Positions 15,988 to 20,000 of a stretch of DNA of 20,000 nt are shown piece by piece (position 1 is the stretch's first letter; each line of letters begins with the position of its first letter). Where the stretch lies: IMG/VR virus record IMGVR_UViG_3300023292_000006; one strand, written 5' to 3'. This stretch comes from an uncultured virus (IMG/VR IMGVR_UViG_3300023292_000006). Lineage: Duplodnaviria > Heunggongvirae > Uroviricota > Caudoviricetes. The notes beneath the pieces were generated by a model that did no database searches, had not been told where the DNA came from, and saw only the letters and a list, made by a program, of their open reading frames with translations. The position numbers and the translations under genes are program-made.

Positions 15988-17205
15988 AAATTTATTCTGA
16001 ATAAATATAAATGATACTATTAATATATGAGGTATGATACATGGAACTTCTAAGAACTGTTAAGTTAAAATTAGAAATCGATCCATCTATTATTCTTCCT
16101 ACCGTTGAAAAATATACCAAAGCATTCAACTATGTGTGTGATGTGGGTTGGGAAGACAATGATATGAATTCAGTGTCGTTGCACCACAAAACTTATAAAA
16201 CTGTACGAGAATATTTACCTGCACAGTTATCATGTTCGTCTCGAATTAAAGCCGCAGAAGCTCTGAAGCCATGTCTTGATAAGCGACTAAAGAACAAAAA
16301 AGTCACCAAACCTCACTCACAACAGTGCTCCATCAGGTATGATGATTGCAGTTTCAACGTCTGGTTTGATCGAGATGAATGTTCTATGTCTACGATAAGC
16401 GGTAGAATCAAATCTAAATTCAAAGTAGCGGAGTGCTACAGAGAATATTTAAGTTGGAAACGTTGCAATGCTGAATTGTTTATCAGAAATAACAGTGTGT
16501 TTTTGAACATCGTGTTCAAGAAAGTCACTGATGATTTCAGCATCCCAGAGAATCCAGTCATTATTGGTATTGATCGTGGAATTAATCAACTCGCGGTTTG
16601 TTCAAATAACAAATTTTACACTAACAACATACGGAAGGTCATTAGAAGAAATCGGAGAATAAGAACAAAATTACAAGCATGTGGTTCAAAATCAGCAAAA
16701 AGGCACCTTAAGAAAATTTCTGTTAAGGAGAACCGTTTCAGAAGAGATATGAACCATGTAATATCAAAACAAATAGTTCAAAATGTTCCAGAAAATAGCA
16801 TAATAGTACTCGAAGATTTAAAACATATTCGAAAAGCTATCAAGTCTAATAAAACTGGAAGACGAGAATTAAATAATTGGTCGTTCTACCAACTAGAACA
16901 ATTCTTGACTTATAAAGCTGCATCAAAAAGAATCTTAATTGATTATGTTGATCCTAGGTACACAAGTCAAAAATGCTCTTGTTGTGGTCACGTTGATAAG
17001 AAAAACCGAAAATACACTTGTTTATTCAAATGTACAAAATGCGGTTTCACTCTCGACGCTGATCTAAACGCTTCTAGAAATGTAGAACAAAACTATCGGG
17101 ATTCCAATGGATACCCTGAAGGGCTGTCTGTCAATCAGCCTATTGTATCAGCTACTATATCGTAGTTAGGTACAAGCTATGGAGCTCGTCTCTATAGTAG
17201 TTGAC
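15988..17205 (+). mobile_element. tnpB-only (IS1341-like) IS200/IS605-family element with no tnpA; left boundary approximate
   Basis: Only convincing plus-strand gene in a minus-strand array; right end hairpin CTATGGAG-ctcgt-CTCTATAG (17177-17197) followed by TAGTTGAC ending at 17205; left inverted repeat at 15990-16006. Confidence 0.7.
16041..17165 (+). CDS. tnpB: RNA-guided endonuclease TnpB (IS200/IS605 family)
   Basis: RuvC-I IGIDRG, RuvC-II VLEDL, zinc ribbon YTSQKCSCCG...FKCTKCG, RuvC-III DADLNASRN; catalytic D/E/D all present; GAGGT SD. Confidence 0.95.
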   Translation: MELLRTVKLKLEIDPSIILPTVEKYTKAFNYVCDVGWEDNDMNSVSLHHKTYKTVREYLPAQLSCSSRIKAAEALKPCLDKRLKNKKVTKPHSQQCSIRYDDCSFNVWFDRDECSMSTISGRIKSKFKVAECYREYLSWKRCNAELFIRNNSVFLNIVFKKVTDDFSIPENPVIIGIDRGINQLAVCSNNKFYTNNIRKVIRRNRRIRTKLQACGSKSAKRHLKKISVKENRFRRDMNHVISKQIVQNVPENSIIVLEDLKHIRKAIKSNKTGRRELNNWSFYQLEQFLTYKAASKRILIDYVDPRYTSQKCSCCGHVDKKNRKYTCLFKCTKCGFTLDADLNASRNVEQNYRDSNGYPEGLSVNQPIVSATIS

Positions 17206-17225
17206 ATATTATTTGTTCTATTACT
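17100..17225 (+). ncRNA. putative TnpB omegaRNA/reRNA (scaffold plus guide from about 17206); 5' end uncertain
   Basis: Hairpin GGCTG/CAGCC (17122-17140) with loop GTCAA (17130-17134) complementary to terminal TTGAC (17201-17205), a possible pseudoknot, plus the subterminal hairpin. Confidence 0.6.
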
Positions 17226-17883
17226 TAACAGGACAAGACCCACCAACACATTCTATATCATCTAATACACTACCAGATACATCTTCATCTACAACAATAT
17301 CTTTCAACCAACGAGTACGTTTCCTATATGACGCTTCATCAATTTCTTCAAGAGGAGCTTGATTGAATCCATGATCCTTATGTAGCAAGAAACTAACACT
17401 CTTGATATTATCTTTATAATTCTTATGGAGCCATTCTTTAATCTCACCTAATTCTTCATTCCTATAGTAAATGGTATTACTAACTGAATTATCAGCCCAT
17501 GTAGTTTGTAATTTCTTGAGTAACTCTAATTGTTGAATTGCTGAAATATCCTTTGTTAGTAATGTTCCTTCCTTGAACATACATGGGAATTCGATAATAG
17601 TTGTTCCATGGTTTATGCTACCATCACTCTTTACTTCGAACTCTGTATAGTATCCAGCTTTTTTACATATCGACACTAATCTATCACTACTTGCCATTCT
17701 TACTCGACGAATGAGATATTTAGAAAACCCAGTATGGATACCTGGAGTTGCACCACCAAGAAGAGAAAGTGTGTTATGAGAAACTATTCCGTTACTTAAT
17801 TGATAAGTATGACTATCTTCAACTTCAATATCCACGGTAAATTGTTTTTCTATTTTTTTTGGTTTTGTTATTATCCTCATCAT
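17221..17883 (-). CDS. nrdJ: C-intein fused to the C-terminal part of a class II (AdoCbl-dependent) ribonucleotide reductase
   Basis: aa 1-37 form a C-intein (TVDIEVEDSHTYQLSNGIVSHN), then TLSLLGGATPGIH...YLIRRVR...WADNSVSNTIYY and C-terminal CVGGSCPVK redox pair; AAGGA SD. Confidence 0.92.
   Translation of the reverse strand: MMRIITKPKKIEKQFTVDIEVEDSHTYQLSNGIVSHNTLSLLGGATPGIHTGFSKYLIRRVRMASSDRLVSICKKAGYYTEFEVKSDGSINHGTTIIEFPCMFKEGTLLTKDISAIQQLELLKKLQTTWADNSVSNTIYYRNEELGEIKEWLHKNYKDNIKSVSFLLHKDHGFNQAPLEEIDEASYRKRTRWLKDIVVDEDVSGSVLDDIECVGGSCPVK
17773..17883 (-). other. split intein C-fragment (37 aa), +1 nucleophile Thr
   Basis: Block F (VDIEV..SHTY) and block G (VSHN|T). Confidence 0.92.
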
Positions 17884-17889
17884 GTTTCC

Positions 17890-19053
17890 TTATTTGGATA
17901 TTATAAAATTTATACATTTATCTAGTTCGTCGTCTGAATTACTTAACCAATCTTTCTCCCATACTATATGTACACCATAACCTAAAGAATTAAGATATAC
18001 TTTTCTTTTTCTATCTATTTCCTGTAAATCCTTAGACGATAATTGTGGGACGTAGAAGCTAGGGAATTCATTATCTTTATAAACTTCAGGATTGGCATGG
18101 AATGCATCACCATTAAATTCAATAACTTTCTTGAGTGATGGTATACAGAAATCTACAACTATAGCTTTTTTATTCAACTGAAATTTTTTACTCATTTCAT
18201 TAGTTATACCAAATACATATTGGTTAAATTTACAATATATTTTATTAGTTATATCTAATTTATCTAGTAATTGATCACTGAAATCTAATTCCATACCACT
18301 GATACCATGGAGCATGTTATCTATAAATAGTTTAAATTTAATTCTCCCATCGATATCACCATATTTAGAAATATAGTTATCTAATGTTACGGCTTTAGAT
18401 TTTGAAATTTTCTTCCATATTTTCTTTCCTTCGATATTGCCATATTTAGTTTGAAAATATTGAATGCTACCTCTATCTTGGAACTTATGTAAGATATCTG
18501 TAGCTTCGATCTCGTTATACCCTTTATTTAACCAATAGAGTTTTCCCCAACACGTAGTTTGTTTAGCTCTGATTATTCGTTCTTTCCATGCTTTCTTTCC
18601 ATCATCTTCACCATATTTATCAATAAGTGTCTTTTCTGTTATCAATGATGCTTTTTTATGACGGCTTCTAATGGATTCAATTTCTAATATAGAATGACCA
18701 TTCAACTTCAAGACATCAATACCTACAGATAATTTTTTATTTTTATCGACATAGTCCTTTTTAGTTTTACCACTCTTTAAATAATATCCCAGTGACCCCT
18801 TTCCTTTATGTCTAGAACGAATAAGCTCTTCATGTTCAGGAAATTTATCAATCCAGAATTCTAATTTAAATGATCTATCATAATTCATATTATGATTTTT
18901 TAACCACTCTTTCAATTTATTTATTGCACACTGGTAACAATCATCTTCATATGCAACTAATTTAATTTGTTTACCAGACACTCGTTGATCAATAATAGTT
19001 GATAAAAATCTTCTGTGAGACGGCAATTTTTTCTTACAATGTACACAATTCAT
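17890..19053 (-). CDS. free-standing putative homing endonuclease with a C-terminal Vsr-like (EDxHD/DUF559-like) nuclease domain and repeated KYG motifs
   Basis: VDFCIPSLKKVIEFNGDAFHANP...DRKRK..L..LGY.VHIVWEKDW; three KYG...G(K/R) repeats; lies between the two intein halves. Confidence 0.85.
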   Translation of the reverse strand: MNCVHCKKKLPSHRRFLSTIIDQRVSGKQIKLVAYEDDCYQCAINKLKEWLKNHNMNYDRSFKLEFWIDKFPEHEELIRSRHKGKGSLGYYLKSGKTKKDYVDKNKKLSVGIDVLKLNGHSILEIESIRSRHKKASLITEKTLIDKYGEDDGKKAWKERIIRAKQTTCWGKLYWLNKGYNEIEATDILHKFQDRGSIQYFQTKYGNIEGKKIWKKISKSKAVTLDNYISKYGDIDGRIKFKLFIDNMLHGISGMELDFSDQLLDKLDITNKIYCKFNQYVFGITNEMSKKFQLNKKAIVVDFCIPSLKKVIEFNGDAFHANPEVYKDNEFPSFYVPQLSSKDLQEIDRKRKVYLNSLGYGVHIVWEKDWLSNSDDELDKCINFIISK

Positions 19054-19054
19054 A

Positions 19055-19094
19055 ACTATAAAACCTTTTATAATTTATTCATGGGTTTTATAGT
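19055..19094 (-). promoter_or_regulatory. perfect 11-bp hairpin masking the ribosome-binding region of the endonuclease gene
   Basis: ACTATAAAACC (19055-19065) / GGTTTTATAGT (19084-19094), 18-nt loop; the stem ends 1 nt before ATG 19053. Confidence 0.7.
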
Positions 19095-19096
19095 AA

Positions 19097-20000
19097 CTAG
19101 TTCCAACACACTATATCATCATTTTCTTTTAAATCTTTAACCTTTACCCATTCTTCAGAATCAGATCTATTTATTAAAAATAGATGATCTGATGTAAATC
19201 TATGGGTTTCATTGTCCTCAGTAGTGAATTCATATACGTCATCTATACCATTTATAAATAATTTAGTGATATCTTTTTTATTATTATTTTTATCTAATAC
19301 TTTAATTCTGTTGGTATGATTAGATAAGTCAAACCATACACCAGACAATCCAGTGTCATAGTTAGTGATATCAATATCGTAGAATTTAAAAATACCCTCA
19401 TATGTCATATCTCCCATATGAGTTTTTAAAGATGTGGATATTACTCCACATCCAGATGGTTTTATCGTTGTGAGCTTGATACTTACTGGGTAACCCATCT
19501 TCTCACTCCATTGTACATCAAAATCTCTCAACCCAGTATATACTTCATCTAACCAATCTAGTTTATCCATTGATTGGCATATCCCCGTAACACCTTGACC
19601 AAGTCTCATATTCTTATGAACTACTTCATTGGTTTGTTCGTGTAAGAAAGGAAGAGCAGCTATGGCTTTTTGTGATTTATATAGTAACTTGGCACAATCA
19701 AACATTTCTTCTTTAGTATTATAATTGTTAAGGAAATGTTCTACTAGGTTACAACACTCTTTCGAGAACATAGTTATTTCACCACATGGGTTCATTCCCT
19801 CACATAGATCCTTTTTCTTTTCACCTATTCGTCCAAATTTTTGTGCAAGTGGCATATTGAAGAAACCATACGGTTCACCATTCCCAGCATAGCCATCCCA
19901 CACCCTTTCAAGTATGTGATCATAGCTGTCGGCATATATAGTATTATTAGAAGCACCACGCCAAGTAGGAATGTTGCCAAGGTCCCATCGTTTCGCTCGA
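19097..20000 (-). CDS. nrdJ: N-terminal part of a class II ribonucleotide reductase fused to an N-intein (5' truncated by the window edge)
   Basis: Frame is open to base 20000 (…AKRWDLGNIPTWRGASNNT…); GEPYGFFN, NPCGEI catalytic loop, ECCNLVE, MRLGQGVTG, KLTTIKPSG, then the intein. Confidence 0.93.
   Translation of the reverse strand, partial: RAKRWDLGNIPTWRGASNNTIYADSYDHILERVWDGYAGNGEPYGFFNMPLAQKFGRIGEKKKDLCEGMNPCGEITMFSKECCNLVEHFLNNYNTKEEMFDCAKLLYKSQKAIAALPFLHEQTNEVVHKNMRLGQGVTGICQSMDKLDWLDEVYTGLRDFDVQWSEKMGYPVSIKLTTIKPSGCGVISTSLKTHMGDMTYEGIFKFYDIDITNYDTGLSGVWFDLSNHTNRIKVLDKNNNKKDITKLFINGIDDVYEFTTEDNETHRFTSDHLFLINRSDSEEWVKVKDLKENDDIVCWN
19100..19450 (-). other. split intein N-fragment (117 aa) starting at Cys1
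   Basis: KPSG|CGVISTSLKT block A; block B THRFTSDHLFL; ends WVKVKDLKENDDIV before the stop. Confidence 0.9.

Noticed and set aside
16041..17165. Cas12f or a nuclease-dead TldR-type regulator
   Set aside because: There is no adjacent CRISPR array, the right end is IS605-like, and all three RuvC acidic residues are intact.
17884..19096. Group I intron carrying the endonuclease
   Set aside because: Only 6 nt and 43 nt of non-coding sequence flank the ORF, too little for a ribozyme core, and the downstream fragment has its own SD and ATG with intein motifs.

Overview
AT-rich, very gene-dense segment that looks like part of a large bacteriophage or other prokaryotic virus genome (inference; no structural genes are in the window). 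It has about 55 short, tightly overlapping genes with Shine-Dalgarno motifs, nearly all on the minus strand. Three things dominate. (1) A large paralogous expansion of about 23 small genes (25 modules) with the signature hhxx(L/I)DPx-xxx-CxxC-(variable)-CxxC, a conserved helix-DPD motif followed by a highly divergent zinc finger. (2) A fractured class II ribonucleotide reductase: NrdJ N-part fused to an N-intein, then a free-standing Vsr-like (EDxHD-type) endonuclease gene, then a C-intein fused to the NrdJ C-part, implying protein trans-splicing at KPSG|T. (3) A solo tnpB (IS200/IS605 family) on the plus strand with a recognisable right end and omegaRNA-like structure abutting the RNR 3' end. 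Also present: an Xre HTH regulator, a KptA/Tpt1-like ART-fold protein, a DUF262/ParB-like protein, a PD-(D/E)xK nuclease, a cREC-like receiver protein, a second three-gene paralog cluster, and hairpins covering the ribosome-binding regions of two nuclease genes. All family assignments come from motif recognition by eye; no database search was run.
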